UHGV virus genome: UHGV-1390708
Reading direction: 5' to 3' (one strand)
DNA: 40,460 bases
Source: a virus
In this document: positions 12,557 through 21,374 of the stretch, one piece after another
Layout: every line of letters begins with the position of its first letter
Numbering within the stretch: position 1 is the stretch's first letter
Program-made: the position numbers and the translations under genes
Notes under the pieces: model-generated
The model's input: the letters and a program-made list of their open reading frames with translations, nothing else
What the model was told of the DNA's origin: nothing
Databases searched by the model: none

Positions 12557-13929
12557 GACAGGATATCGAAGCGAGCGTTATCGGTGGCCTGCTGATTGGT
12601 GGATTAACTCCAACCGCCAGTGACGTTCTGGCAACGCTTGAGCCGGAAGCGTTTTCAATTCCGCTCTACCGGAAAGCCTTCGAGGTTATCCGCAAGCAGG
12701 CGCGAAACAGAAACCTAATCGACGCGCTGATGGTTGCCGAGGCGTGCGGAGAGGAGCATTTCACGTCAATCCTGATGACCAGCAAAAACTGCCCGAGTGC
12801 CGCAAACCTGAAGGGATATGCCGGAATGGTCGCGGATAACTATCACCGCCGTCTGGTGCTGGACATCATGGATGAAATGCGTGAACCAATTCAGAGCGGA
12901 ACCATCGACGCATCGAGTCAGGCGATGGATGAACTTGTAAAGCGTCTTTCAGCCATCAGAAAGCCCCGTGACGAGGTTAAACCTGTACGGTTAGGGGAAA
13001 TCATCACTGACTACACTGACACGCTTGACAGGCGTCTGAGGAACGGAGAAGAGTCAGATACCCTGAAGACCGGAATCGAAGAACTTGACGCTATCACCGG
13101 AGGGATGAACGCTGAAGACCTGGTGATTATCGCCGCTCGTCCTGGTATGGGGAAAACCGAACTGGCGCTAAAGATTGCCGAAGGTGTTGCAAGCCGCGTT
13201 ATTCCTGGTTCTGACGTCCGGCGCGGAGTATTGATTTTCTCGATGGAAATGAGCGCATTGCAGATTGCAGAGCGGAGCATTGCCAACGCCGGGAGGATGT
13301 CGGTTAGCGTACTGCGAAATCCTGCATCGATGGATGACGAGGGCTGGGCACGTGTTGCTAACGGCATGAGTCAGCTTGCAGATTTGGATGTATGGGTAGT
13401 CGATGCCTCGCGGTTATCGGTCGAAGAAATACGCTCAATCGCAGAACGGCACAAACAGGAAAATCCAAACCTGTCACTCATCATGGCGGATTATCTTGGC
13501 CTGATTGAGAAGCCGAAAGCAGATCGCAACGACCTTGCAATTGCTCACATCTCCGGAAGCCTGAAGGCGATGGCGAAAGACCTGAAAACACCGGTTATCT
13601 CCCTGAGTCAGCTTTCGCGCGATGTTGAGAAGCGACCAAACAAACGCCCGACAAACGCAGATTTGCGTGATTCAGGAAGCATTGAGCAGGACGCAGACTC
13701 AATCATCATGCTCTATCGGGAAGCGGTATATGACGAGAACAGTAGCGCCGCGCCATTTGCTGAAATCATCGTGACGAAAAACCGTTTTGGTTCACTTGGT
13801 ACGGTTTACCAGCGGTTCTGCAACGGACACTTTGTTGCATGTGACCAGGATGAAGCCAGACAGATTTGCACAACATCAAATGCACCCGCTGCACGTGGCA
13901 GACGATATGCACAAGGGGCTGACGTATGA
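12553..13929 (+). CDS. DnaB-family replicative helicase (P22 gp12-like), 458 aa.
   Basis: Walker A motif ARPGMGKT, a DnaB C-terminal-type motif and an ATGA overlap with the initiator gene. Confidence 0.9.
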   Translation: MRQDIEASVIGGLLIGGLTPTASDVLATLEPEAFSIPLYRKAFEVIRKQARNRNLIDALMVAEACGEEHFTSILMTSKNCPSAANLKGYAGMVADNYHRRLVLDIMDEMREPIQSGTIDASSQAMDELVKRLSAIRKPRDEVKPVRLGEIITDYTDTLDRRLRNGEESDTLKTGIEELDAITGGMNAEDLVIIAARPGMGKTELALKIAEGVASRVIPGSDVRRGVLIFSMEMSALQIAERSIANAGRMSVSVLRNPASMDDEGWARVANGMSQLADLDVWVVDASRLSVEEIRSIAERHKQENPNLSLIMADYLGLIEKPKADRNDLAIAHISGSLKAMAKDLKTPVISLSQLSRDVEKRPNKRPTNADLRDSGSIEQDADSIIMLYREAVYDENSSAAPFAEIIVTKNRFGSLGTVYQRFCNGHFVACDQDEARQICTTSNAPAARGRRYAQGADV

Positions 13930-13955
13930 CCATCTACATCACTGAGCTAATAACA

Positions 13956-13986
13956 GGGGCTATTTACACAGTAGCCCTTTTTTATT
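13956..13986 (+). terminator. Intrinsic terminator after the replication genes (tR2-like).
   Basis: GGGCTA-tttacacag-TAGCCC followed by TTTTTTATT. Confidence 0.7.
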
Positions 13987-14010
13987 GGATTAAGAACGAG
14001 GGGAATCCTG

Positions 14011-14223
14011 ATGGACACCGTTAACGGAATGTGTTCAGACGCACCGCGTGCCAAGAAATGTAAATGCGGAAAATCACCGACAATATTCGACATGGATAAC
14101 GGGTGCCAAATCTACTGCGCTAACCACGCTGCTGTGGCGGCCGCGAATTATCGCAGTGCGGTAACGGAGTGGAATAACCTGAAATCTGTTAGAGAGGGAA
14201 GTCATGAAAAAACTAACCTTTGA
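14011..14223 (+). CDS. Small Cys-rich protein, 70 aa, possibly Lar-family restriction alleviation.
   Basis: KCKCG...CQIYC...AVTEWNNL resembles the Lar pattern (a zinc-ribbon-like Cys pair followed by A..WN). The match is weak and from recollection. Confidence 0.3.
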   Translation: MDTVNGMCSDAPRAKKCKCGKSPTIFDMDNGCQIYCANHAAVAAANYRSAVTEWNNLKSVREGSHEKTNL

Positions 14224-14644
14224 AATTCGATCCCCAGCACATCAGCAAAACGCTATTCACGCGGTACAGCAAATTCTTCCAGACCCAACCAAACCAATCG
14301 TAGTAACCATTCAGGAACGCAACCGCAGCTTAGACCAGAATCGAAAGCTTTGGGCTTGCCTTGGTGACGTCTCTCGTCAGGTTGAATGGCATGGGCGCTG
14401 GCTGGATGCAGAAAGCTGGAAGTGTGTGTTTACCGCAGCATTAAAGCAGCAGGACGTTGTTCCTAACCTTGCCGGGAATGGCTTTGTGGTAATAGGCCAG
14501 TCAACCAGCAGGATGCGTGTAAGCGAATTTGCGGAGTTATTAGAGCTTATACAGGCATTCGGTACAGAGCGTGGCGTTAAGTGGTCAGACGAAGCGCGAC
14601 TGGCTCTCGAATGGAAAGCGCGATGGGGAGATCGGGCAGCATGA
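14204..14644 (+). CDS. ninB: NinB (Orf) recombination mediator, 146 aa.
   Basis: MKKLTFEIRSPAHQQNAIHAVQQILPDPTKPIVVTIQERNRSLDQNRKLWA is lambda NinB-like. Confidence 0.9.
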   Translation: MKKLTFEIRSPAHQQNAIHAVQQILPDPTKPIVVTIQERNRSLDQNRKLWACLGDVSRQVEWHGRWLDAESWKCVFTAALKQQDVVPNLAGNGFVVIGQSTSRMRVSEFAELLELIQAFGTERGVKWSDEARLALEWKARWGDRAA

Positions 14645-15168
14645 CTATCAAATCAAATACGCCAGCACACGACAAGGACTGCTGGAGAACGCCGCTTTGG
14701 CTTTTTGATGCACTGGATATTGAGTTTGGATTCTGGCTGGATTCGGCAGCGAGCGACAAAAATGCTCTGTGTGCTCACTGGCTAACTGAGGCCGACGACG
14801 CGCTCAATTCTGAGTGGGTAAGCCACGGTGCAATCTGGAATAACCCACCGTACAGCAATATCAGGCCGTGGGTGGAAAAAGCCGCTGAGCAGTGCATACA
14901 ACAGCGACAGACGGTAGTGATGCTTGTGCCAGAGGATATGTCTGTCGGATGGTTCAGCAAGGCTCTGGAGAGTGTTGACGAAGTTCGCATTATCACTGAT
15001 GGACGGATTAATTTTATCGAACCATCGACAGGGATAGAGAAGAAGGGAAACAGCAAAGGTTCCATGCTGCTGATTTGGCGACCGTTCATCAGTCCTCGAC
15101 GGATGTTTACTACCGTATCCAAAGCGGCATTGATGGCGATCGGGCATGGCGTCAGGAGGGCAGCATGA
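14641..15168 (+). CDS. dam: Phage N6-adenine DNA methyltransferase (Dam family), 175 aa from [11 protein letters not shown].
   Basis: NPPY catalytic motif (IWNNPPYS). DKDCWRTP N-terminal motif typical of phage Dam. ATGA overlap with ninB. Confidence 0.8.
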   Translation: MTIKSNTPAHDKDCWRTPLWLFDALDIEFGFWLDSAASDKNALCAHWLTEADDALNSEWVSHGAIWNNPPYSNIRPWVEKAAEQCIQQRQTVVMLVPEDMSVGWFSKALESVDEVRIITDGRINFIEPSTGIEKKGNSKGSMLLIWRPFISPRRMFTTVSKAALMAIGHGVRRAA

Positions 15169-15341
15169 GACGACAGCGACGAAGTTTCACCGACATAATC
15201 TGCGAAAACTGCAAATACCTTCCAACGAAACGCTCCAGAAATAAACGCAAGCCAATACCAAAAGAATCTGACGTAAAAACCTTCAACTACACGGCTCACC
15301 TGTGGGATATCCGGTTGCTAAGACATCGTGCGAGGAAATGA
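15165..15341 (+). CDS. ninE: NinE, 58 aa.
   Basis: [50 protein letters not shown] is lambda NinE-like. Confidence 0.8.
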   Translation: MRRQRRSFTDIICENCKYLPTKRSRNKRKPIPKESDVKTFNYTAHLWDIRLLRHRARK

Positions 15342-15703
15342 CTATGGATTATTCACAGTTAAGTGATTTTGAAATTAACGTGGCGGTATTCGAAGCCATT
15401 CATAACGGATCACCGGATTACAAAGAAGGTGAGAATGGCGATATGGTGTTTGTCTCATTTGAGGGAGACATTGTAAACGGAGACGCAGTTGAAGTAGAAG
15501 TTGAGCGCGGATCCTTTAACCCATGCGCAAACCCAGCAGACTCATGGCCGATTATTGAAAAATACAGGATTAGCATTATCAATCTCGATGAAGACGAGTG
15601 GGGTGCACGCGGTGTGGCCTACTGTAAATCTAAGCGAGCTATACATGAAAATCCCCTCCGCGCCGCCATGATTGTCTTTCTCATGATGCAGAGAATCCAA
15701 TAA
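15338..15703 (+). CDS. ninX: NinX-like (DUF2591) protein, 121 aa.
   Basis: It lies between ninE and ninF, as in P22. ATGA overlap with ninE. Confidence 0.6.
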   Translation: MTMDYSQLSDFEINVAVFEAIHNGSPDYKEGENGDMVFVSFEGDIVNGDAVEVEVERGSFNPCANPADSWPIIEKYRISIINLDEDEWGARGVAYCKSKRAIHENPLRAAMIVFLMMQRIQ

Positions 15704-15879
15704 TGCTTAGCCCATCCCAATCAATTCAATACCAGAAAGAAAGCGTCGAGCGGGCTTTAACGTGCGCTAACTGCGGTCAGAAGCTGCATGTGCTGGAAGT
15801 TCACGTGTGCTCCGATTGCTGCGCAGAACTGATGAGCGATCCGAATAGCTCAATGTACGAGGAAGAAGACGATGAATGA
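15703..15879 (+). CDS. ninF: NinF, 58 aa (under 60 aa, so absent from the track).
   Basis: Hand translation [58 protein letters not shown] is lambda NinF-like. Confidence 0.75.
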   Translation: MLSPSQSIQYQKESVERALTCANCGQKLHVLEVHVCSDCCAELMSDPNSSMYEEEDDE

Positions 15880-16594
15880 GTTAATAAATGGCAATGCCAT
15901 CAAAATGACAAGCATTGAAATCGCTGAGTTGGTTGGTAAGCGTCATGACAATGTGAAACGTACCATCGAAACGCTGGCTAAAAATGGTGTTATCCGGCTT
16001 CCTCAAATTGAGTATTGTGGAAGAATCAATGGGTTAGGCTTAAATCAAAGTTTTTGTGTGTATGTATTCGAAGGCGAACAAGGAAAGCGAGACAGTATTG
16101 TCGTTGTAGCCCAGTTGTCGCCGGAATTCACGGCTCGCCTTGTTGACCGTTGGCGAGAGCTTGAAGAAGATGCGGTTAATATCCCAAAAACGCTACCAGA
16201 AGCGTTGCGCCTTGCTGCTGACCTTGCTGAGCAGAAAATGCAACTGGAAAACCAGCTCGCAATTGCCGCACCTAAAGTTGAGTTTGCCGATCGAGTTGGC
16301 GAAGCCAGCGGAATTTTGATTGGAAACTTTGCAAAGGTTGTCGGTATTGGTCCAAACAAACTGTTTGCGTGGATGCGCGATCACAAAATCCTTATTGCTT
16401 CAGGTTCCCGGCGCAATGTGCCAATGCAGGAATATATGGATCGCGGCTATTTCACAGTGAAAGAAACAGCGGTCAACACAAATCACGGAATACAGATATC
16501 GTTCACCACAAAAATCACCGGGCGTGGTCAACAGTGGCTGACCAGAAAGCTGCTCGATAACGGAATGCTGAAAGTAACAGGGGAGGCTGCTTAA
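15872..16594 (+). CDS. Rha-family N-terminal domain plus KilAC (Ant C-terminal) domain regulatory or antirepressor-like protein, 240 aa.
   Basis: MTSIEIAELVGKRHDNVKRTIETL is Rha-like. The C-terminal ...ILIGNFAKVVGIGPNKLFAWMRDHKIL... is KilAC-like. Confidence 0.65.
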   Translation: MNELINGNAIKMTSIEIAELVGKRHDNVKRTIETLAKNGVIRLPQIEYCGRINGLGLNQSFCVYVFEGEQGKRDSIVVVAQLSPEFTARLVDRWRELEEDAVNIPKTLPEALRLAADLAEQKMQLENQLAIAAPKVEFADRVGEASGILIGNFAKVVGIGPNKLFAWMRDHKILIASGSRRNVPMQEYMDRGYFTVKETAVNTNHGIQISFTTKITGRGQQWLTRKLLDNGMLKVTGEAA

Positions 16595-16884
16595 TGGCTA
16601 ACCTACGCAAAGAAGCGCGCGGCAGAGAATGCCAGGTACGTATTTACGGCGTATGCAATGGCAACCCTGAAACTACAGTTCTGGCACATTACCGGATGGC
16701 TGGAATTTGCGGAACGGGAATGAAGCCTGACGACCTGATCGGCGCATGGGCTTGTAGCGCGTGTCACGATGAAATCGACCGACGCACCCATAATCTCGAC
16801 AACAAAGACGCCAGACTTTACCACCTCGAAGGCGTGATCAGGACGCAGGCGATACTACTGAAGGAGGGGAAGATTAAGCCATGA
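16594..16884 (+). CDS. ybcO: YbcO-like (DUF1364) putative nuclease, 96 aa.
   Basis: MANLRKEARGRECQVRIYGVCNGNPETTVLAHYR...CSACHDEIDRR resembles DLP12 YbcO. Confidence 0.7.
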   Translation: MANLRKEARGRECQVRIYGVCNGNPETTVLAHYRMAGICGTGMKPDDLIGAWACSACHDEIDRRTHNLDNKDARLYHLEGVIRTQAILLKEGKIKP

Positions 16885-17243
16885 ACGAATATCAGTTTGT
16901 GCTTCCATACCCGCCGTCGGTGAATACCTACTGGCGAAGACGGGGAAGCCAATACTACATCAGCAATAAAGGCCAGAAATACCGAAAAGACGTTCAGCAA
17001 ATCATCCGCCAACTCAAGTTAGACATTTTCACCAAATCACGACTCCGCATCAAAGTCATCGCAGACGTTCCAGACTCCCGCCGCCGCGACCTCGATAACA
17101 TCCTGAAGGGTTTACTCGACTCCCTTATCCACGCCGGATTTGCGGAAGACGACGAGCAATTCGATGACATTCGCGTAATTCGTGGCGTGAAAGTACCAGG
17201 CGGAAGGCTTGGAATAAAAATCACCGAACTGGAGAACGTATGA
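16881..17243 (+). CDS. rusA: RusA Holliday-junction resolvase, 120 aa.
   Basis: LPYPPSVNTYW...RRRDLDNILKGLLDSL...GRLGIKITE is the RusA signature. Confidence 0.9.
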   Translation: MNEYQFVLPYPPSVNTYWRRRGSQYYISNKGQKYRKDVQQIIRQLKLDIFTKSRLRIKVIADVPDSRRRDLDNILKGLLDSLIHAGFAEDDEQFDDIRVIRGVKVPGGRLGIKITELENV

Positions 17244-17428
17244 ACGCCACAATTCAAACGATACCAGAGCTTCTTATCCAGACACGAGGCAATCAGACCG
17301 AAGTGGCGAGGATGCTTTCCTGCGCAAGAGGAACGGTGCTCAAGTACAACCGAGACAGCAAAGGCGAACGCCACGTAATAGTTAACGGCGTCCTGATGGT
17401 CAAGCAGGGCAAGAGAGGAAGACGATGA
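17240..17428 (+). CDS. ninH: NinH, 62 aa.
   Basis: TIPELLIQTRGNQTEVARMLSCARGTVLKY resembles lambda NinH. Confidence 0.75.
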   Translation: MNATIQTIPELLIQTRGNQTEVARMLSCARGTVLKYNRDSKGERHVIVNGVLMVKQGKRGRR

Positions 17429-18048
17429 GACTCGAAAGCGTAGCTAAATTTCATTCGCCAAAAAGCCCGATGATGAGCGACTCACCACGGGCCACGGCTT
17501 CTGACTCTCTTTCCGGTACCGATGTGATGGCTGCTATGGGGATGGCGCAATCACAGGCCGGATTCGGAATGGCTGCATTCTGTGGTAAGCACGAACTCAG
17601 CCAGAATGACAAACAAAAGACTATCAACTATCTGATGCAATTTGCACACAAGGTATCGGGGAAATACCGTGGCGTGGCAAAGCTTGAAGGAAATACTAAG
17701 GCAAAGGTACTGCAAGTGCTCGCAACATTCGCTTATGCGGATTATTGCCGTAGTGCCGCGACGCCGGGCGCAAGATGCAGAGATTGCCACGGTACAGGTC
17801 GGGCAGTTGATATAGCAAAAACAGAGCAGTGGGGGAGAGTTGTTGAGAAAGAGTGCGGAAGATGCAAAGGTGTCGGCTATTCAAGAATGCCAGCAAGCGC
17901 CGCATATCGCGCTGTAACGATGCTAATCCCAAACCTTACTCAACCCACCTGGTCACGCACTGTTAAGCCGCTGTATGACGCTCTGGTGGTGCAATGCCAC
18001 AAAGAAGAGTCAATCGCAGACAACATTTTGAATGCGGTCACACGTTAG
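17425..18048 (+). CDS. Q: Q late-gene antiterminator (lambda type), 207 aa.
   Basis: MRLESVAKFHSPKSPMMSDSPRATASDSLSGTDVMAAMGMAQSQAGFGMAAFCGKHELSQNDKQ is lambda Q as I recall it. Confidence 0.9.
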   Translation: MRLESVAKFHSPKSPMMSDSPRATASDSLSGTDVMAAMGMAQSQAGFGMAAFCGKHELSQNDKQKTINYLMQFAHKVSGKYRGVAKLEGNTKAKVLQVLATFAYADYCRSAATPGARCRDCHGTGRAVDIAKTEQWGRVVEKECGRCKGVGYSRMPASAAYRAVTMLIPNLTQPTWSRTVKPLYDALVVQCHKEESIADNILNAVTR

Positions 18049-18090
18049 CAGCATGATTGCCACGGATGGCAACATATTAACGGCATGATA

Positions 18091-18119
18091 TTGACTTTTT
18101 GAATAAAGTTGGGTAAATT
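18091..18119 (+). promoter_or_regulatory. pR': pR' late promoter (-35 TTGACT, -10 TAAATT, 17-nt spacer) with the qut region.
   Basis: TTGACTttttgaataaagttgggTAAATT is lambda-like. Confidence 0.85.
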
Positions 18120-18125
18120 TGACCC

Positions 18126-18319
18126 AACGATGGGTTAATTCGCTCGTTGTGGTAGTGAGATGAAAAGAGGCGGCGCTTACTACCGATTCCGCCTAGTTGG
18201 TCACTTCGACGTATCGTCTGGAACTCCAACCATCGCAGGCTGAGAGGTCTGCAAAATGCAATCCCGAAACAGTTCGCAGGTAATAGTTAGAGCCTGCATA
18301 ACGGTTTCGGGATTTTTTA
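18126..18319 (+). ncRNA. 6S RNA-type pR' leader transcript ending at tR'.
   Basis: It runs about 190 nt from the predicted +1 to the hairpin ATCCCGAAAC...GTTTCGGGAT plus TTTTTTAT (18261-18319), as in lambda. Confidence 0.7.
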
Positions 18320-18716
18320 TATCTGTGCAACAGGTAAGAGCATTCTCCTTTATGGGGCTTGGTTTAAATGCATTGAGTGCTCTTTCCGTTGTGCTGAATT
18401 AAGCGAATACCGGAAGCAGAACCGGATCACCAAATGCGTACAGGCGTCATCGCCGCCCAGCAATAGCACAACCCAAACTGAGCCGTAGCCACTGGCTATC
18501 CTGAATTCATCAGTGATAGTTACGCTGCGGCCTTCTACACATGATCTTCGTGAAAGCGGGTGACAGGAGGTCGCGCTAACAACCTCCTGCCGTTTTGCCC
18601 GTGCATATCGGTCACGAACAAATCTGATTACTAAACACAGTAGCCTGGATTTGTTCTATCAGTAATCGACCTTATTCCTAATTAAATAGAGCAAATCCCC
18701 TTATTGGGGGTAAGAC

Positions 18717-19040
18717 ATGAAGATGCCAGAAAAACATGACCTGTTAGCCGCCATTCTCGCGGCAAAGGAACAAGGCATCGGGGCAATCCTTGCGTTTGCA
18801 ATGGCGTACCTTCGCGGCAGATATAATGGCGGTGCGTTTACAAAAACAGTAATCGACGCAACGATGTGCGCCATTATCGCCTGGTTCATTCGTGACCTTC
18901 TCGACTTCGCCGGACTAAGTAGCAATCTCGCTTATATAACGAGCGTGTTCATCGGCTACATCGGTACTGACTCGATTGGTTCGCTTATCAAACGCTTCGC
19001 TGCTAAAAAAGCCGGAGTAGAAGATGGTGGAAATCAATAA
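18717..19040 (+). CDS. S: Class I holin S with a dual start (S107 and S105).
   Basis: [48 protein letters not shown] is lambda S. Confidence 0.95.
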   Translation: MKMPEKHDLLAAILAAKEQGIGAILAFAMAYLRGRYNGGAFTKTVIDATMCAIIAWFIRDLLDFAGLSSNLAYITSVFIGYIGTDSIGSLIKRFAAKKAGVEDGGNQ

Positions 19041-19500
19041 TCAACGTAAGGCGTTCCTCGATATGCTGGCGTGGTCAGAGGGAACTGATAACGGACGACA
19101 GAAAACCAGAAATCATGGTTATGACGTCATTGTTGGCGGAGAGCTATTCACTGATTACTCTGATCACCCTCGCAAACTTGTCACGCTAAACCCAAAACTC
19201 AAATCAACAGCCGCCGGGCGTTACCAGCTTCTTTCCCGTTGGTGGGATGCCTATCGTAAGCAGCTTGGCCTGAAAGACTTCTCTCCGAAAAGCCAGGACG
19301 CTGTGGCACTGCAACAGATTAAAGAGCGTGGCGCTTTACCGATGATTGATCGCGGTGATATTCGTCAGGCAATCGACCGTTGCAGTAATATCTGGGCTTC
19401 ACTTCCGGGCGCTGGTTATGGTCAGTTCGAGCATAAGGCTGACAGCCTGATTGCAAAATTCAAAGAAGCAGGCGGAACGGTCAGAGAGATTGAGGTATGA
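19024..19500 (+). CDS. R: Endolysin R (lytic transglycosylase), 158 aa.
   Basis: [51 protein letters not shown] is lambda R. Confidence 0.95.
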   Translation: MVEINNQRKAFLDMLAWSEGTDNGRQKTRNHGYDVIVGGELFTDYSDHPRKLVTLNPKLKSTAAGRYQLLSRWWDAYRKQLGLKDFSPKSQDAVALQQIKERGALPMIDRGDIRQAIDRCSNIWASLPGAGYGQFEHKADSLIAKFKEAGGTVREIEV

Positions 19501-19964
19501 GCAGAGTAACCGCGATTATCTCCGCTCTGGTTATCTGCATCATCGTCTGCCTGTCGTGGGGGGTCAATCATTACCGTGATAACGCCATCGCCTACAAAGA
19601 ACAGCGTGATAAAAAAGTCAGTGAGCTGAAGCAGGCGACTGCCACCATTACTGACATGCAGCAGCGCCAGCGTACTGCTGATGCACTAGATGCTAAATAC
19701 ACGAAGGAGTTAGCTGATGCGAAAGCTGAAAATGATGCTCTTCGGCGCAAGCTTGATAATGGTGGCAGGGTGCTCGTCAAAGGAAAATGCCCTGTGCCAG
19801 CCTCAACCGAAACCTCCCGCGCCTCCGGCATGGGCAATGATGCCACCGTCGAACTCTCTCCAGTTGCTGGACGAAACGTTCTCGGTGTCCGGGACGGAAT
19901 CATCCGCGACCAGACAGCACTGAGAACGCTTCAGGAATACATCAGGACGCAATGCCTTCGATGA
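19497..19964 (+). CDS. Rz: Rz i-spanin, 155 aa.
   Basis: N-terminal TM segment followed by a coiled coil. The N-terminal half is lambda Rz-like and the C-terminal half diverges. Confidence 0.85.
   Translation: MSRVTAIISALVICIIVCLSWGVNHYRDNAIAYKEQRDKKVSELKQATATITDMQQRQRTADALDAKYTKELADAKAENDALRRKLDNGGRVLVKGKCPVPASTETSRASGMGNDATVELSPVAGRNVLGVRDGIIRDQTALRTLQEYIRTQCLR
19717..19923 (+). CDS. Rz1: Rz1 o-spanin lipoprotein, embedded in Rz in the +1 frame.
   Basis: [19 protein letters not shown] lipobox followed by the Pro-rich segment PKPPAPPAW. Confidence 0.8.
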   Translation: MRKLKMMLFGASLIMVAGCSSKENALCQPQPKPPAPPAWAMMPPSNSLQLLDETFSVSGTESSATRQH

Positions 19965-20104
19965 TAGCGATAATTTTACTCATCATCCTTCACATCTGGC
20001 TCTGTAGACAGGGTGGTGATCACTTCTGGAGTAAATCCAGATTAAACATCTCATTGCTGATGCTTGATATTGAGCATCTGGCGCGCGGTAAGGGGCTGCG
20101 TTGA
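19961..20104 (+). CDS. Possible 47-aa hydrophobic ORF ([19 protein letters not shown]...) coupled to the Rz stop.
   Basis: Its ATG overlaps the Rz TGA (ATGA). It has one predicted TM segment and ends before the terminator at 20141. Confidence 0.25.
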   Translation: MIAIILLIILHIWLCRQGGDHFWSKSRLNISLLMLDIEHLARGKGLR

Positions 20105-20140
20105 GATAAGAGCCAGTTCATTACAAATACCAGGATTTAG

Positions 20141-20164
20141 CCTCGCATTCGCGGGGTTTTTTAT
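20141..20164 (+). terminator. Intrinsic terminator after the lysis cassette.
   Basis: CCTCGC-attc-GCGGGG followed by TTTTTTATT. Confidence 0.6.
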
Positions 20165-20186
20165 TCCCAACTCCATAGGTAATTTT

Positions 20187-20666
20187 ATGACCCAGCATAT
20201 TGGCGTAAAACTGATTAACGCCTTTCCGATGACGAGACAGGCATATAACGATTTTCGTGGCTGGCAGCTTCCTGCCGGAGAAAACGGCGAGGACGAAGGC
20301 TATCTGGTTGAATATCTGGATGGCGGAAAACCTAACACCGATCGCTTTGATGGCTACGTTAGCTGGAGTCCAAAAGAAGTATTCGAAAGGGCTTATCGTC
20401 CGGTATCAGGACTAAGTTTCGGCCTTGCCATGGAAGCGTTAAAACAGGGCAAAAGTTTGCAGCGGGCAGGATGGAATGGGAAAGACCAGTTTGTTTATCT
20501 CGTGAAAGGGGAAAAATTAGCGTCTGCGTTGGGTTATGGCTTTGGCGAATATGTTGGCGAGCCAACTTTCAATGACACGCTTGTATTGAAAAACTCACAG
20601 AACCGCCTTGCTACATGGGTTCCATCCATTGGCGACCTGATGGCTGAAGACTGGCAAATCATTTAA
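20187..20666 (+). CDS. Two-domain accessory protein, 159 aa, whose C-terminal half is DUF2829 (Tad2-like).
   Basis: FGLAMEALKQGKSLQRAGWNGKDQFVYL ... WVPSIGDLMAEDWQII fits the DUF2829 pattern. The start was chosen at MTQHIG, downstream of the terminator. Confidence 0.65.
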   Translation: MTQHIGVKLINAFPMTRQAYNDFRGWQLPAGENGEDEGYLVEYLDGGKPNTDRFDGYVSWSPKEVFERAYRPVSGLSFGLAMEALKQGKSLQRAGWNGKDQFVYLVKGEKLASALGYGFGEYVGEPTFNDTLVLKNSQNRLATWVPSIGDLMAEDWQII

Positions 20667-20899
20667 CCATGTAGTCATTACAAAGCCCATCAACGGGTGG
20701 GCTTGATAATGAAACCGGAATTTATTCTAGGCAACCAGTTACGGCAGTACCGCGAAACAACCCAAGCCAGTAAGTGGGGAAATAACACTGGCAGCCACTG
20801 AAAGATGAACCTCCAGCCTTATGGCAAAAAAGATTCTTTGTGGTGGCGGACTGATGGAAAGACATCCTAATCAAGCAACCACTCTACAGGGTCATAATT

Positions 20900-21271
20900 A
20901 TGAACGACCAGCAAATCGAAAAAGAAATTGTTGAGAAAGGCAAAACGGCACCGCGCGTTACGCCAGACCATATCGAAGGAATTATTGCTCAGGAGGCATA
21001 TTTCACAGCAGAGGATGGTGCCTTTGGCAAAGCCATAAAAGCGAAACATACTGGCGGAGAGGTAAACTACCAGCCGCACGAATCACTTTCTCTGCTGACG
21101 TTCTGCGTCCTGGTGCTGCGCAACGGCTTCACCGTCACCGGAGAGAGTTCCTGTGCAAGTCCGGAAAATTTTGATGCAGAAATTGGTCGGAAGATTGCCC
21201 GGCAGAATGCTGTAAACAAAATCTGGATGCTCGAAGGTTACTTGCTGAAGCAGAAGCTAAGCGAACAGTAG
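20900..21271 (+). CDS. N4 gp49 / Sf6 gp66-family protein, 123 aa.
   Basis: LTFCVLVLRNGFTVTGESSCASPENFDAEIGRKIARQNAVNKIWMLEGYLLKQKL fits the Phage_gp49_66 motif. Confidence 0.65.
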   Translation: MNDQQIEKEIVEKGKTAPRVTPDHIEGIIAQEAYFTAEDGAFGKAIKAKHTGGEVNYQPHESLSLLTFCVLVLRNGFTVTGESSCASPENFDAEIGRKIARQNAVNKIWMLEGYLLKQKLSEQ

Positions 21272-21374
21272 TTATTACAAAAGCCATTCCCTACAGAGTG
21301 GCTTTGATAATGGCTTATACCCTACACGGGATAACTTAACTGATATCCCTTTTAACGGATAAACGGAGCCAACA

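Noticed and set aside
18320-18716. Possible cargo (toxin or moron) between tR' and the holin, the site where Stx phages carry stx.
   Set aside because: No ORF is present. The sequence matches the ordinary lambda-type late leader as I recall it, apart from a short substituted loop segment.
20064-20186. Upstream extension of the DUF2829 gene to the track start at 20064.
   Set aside because: The extension would read through the hairpin plus T-run terminator at 20141-20164 and adds implausible sequence. MTQHIG at 20187 is preferred.
20709-20801. A 30-codon ORF, MKPEFILGNQLRQYRETTQASKWGNNTGSH, resembling the N-terminus of an XRE-type HTH protein, possibly a pseudogene remnant.
   Set aside because: It is too short and the resemblance is generic. 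No downstream frame continues the domain.
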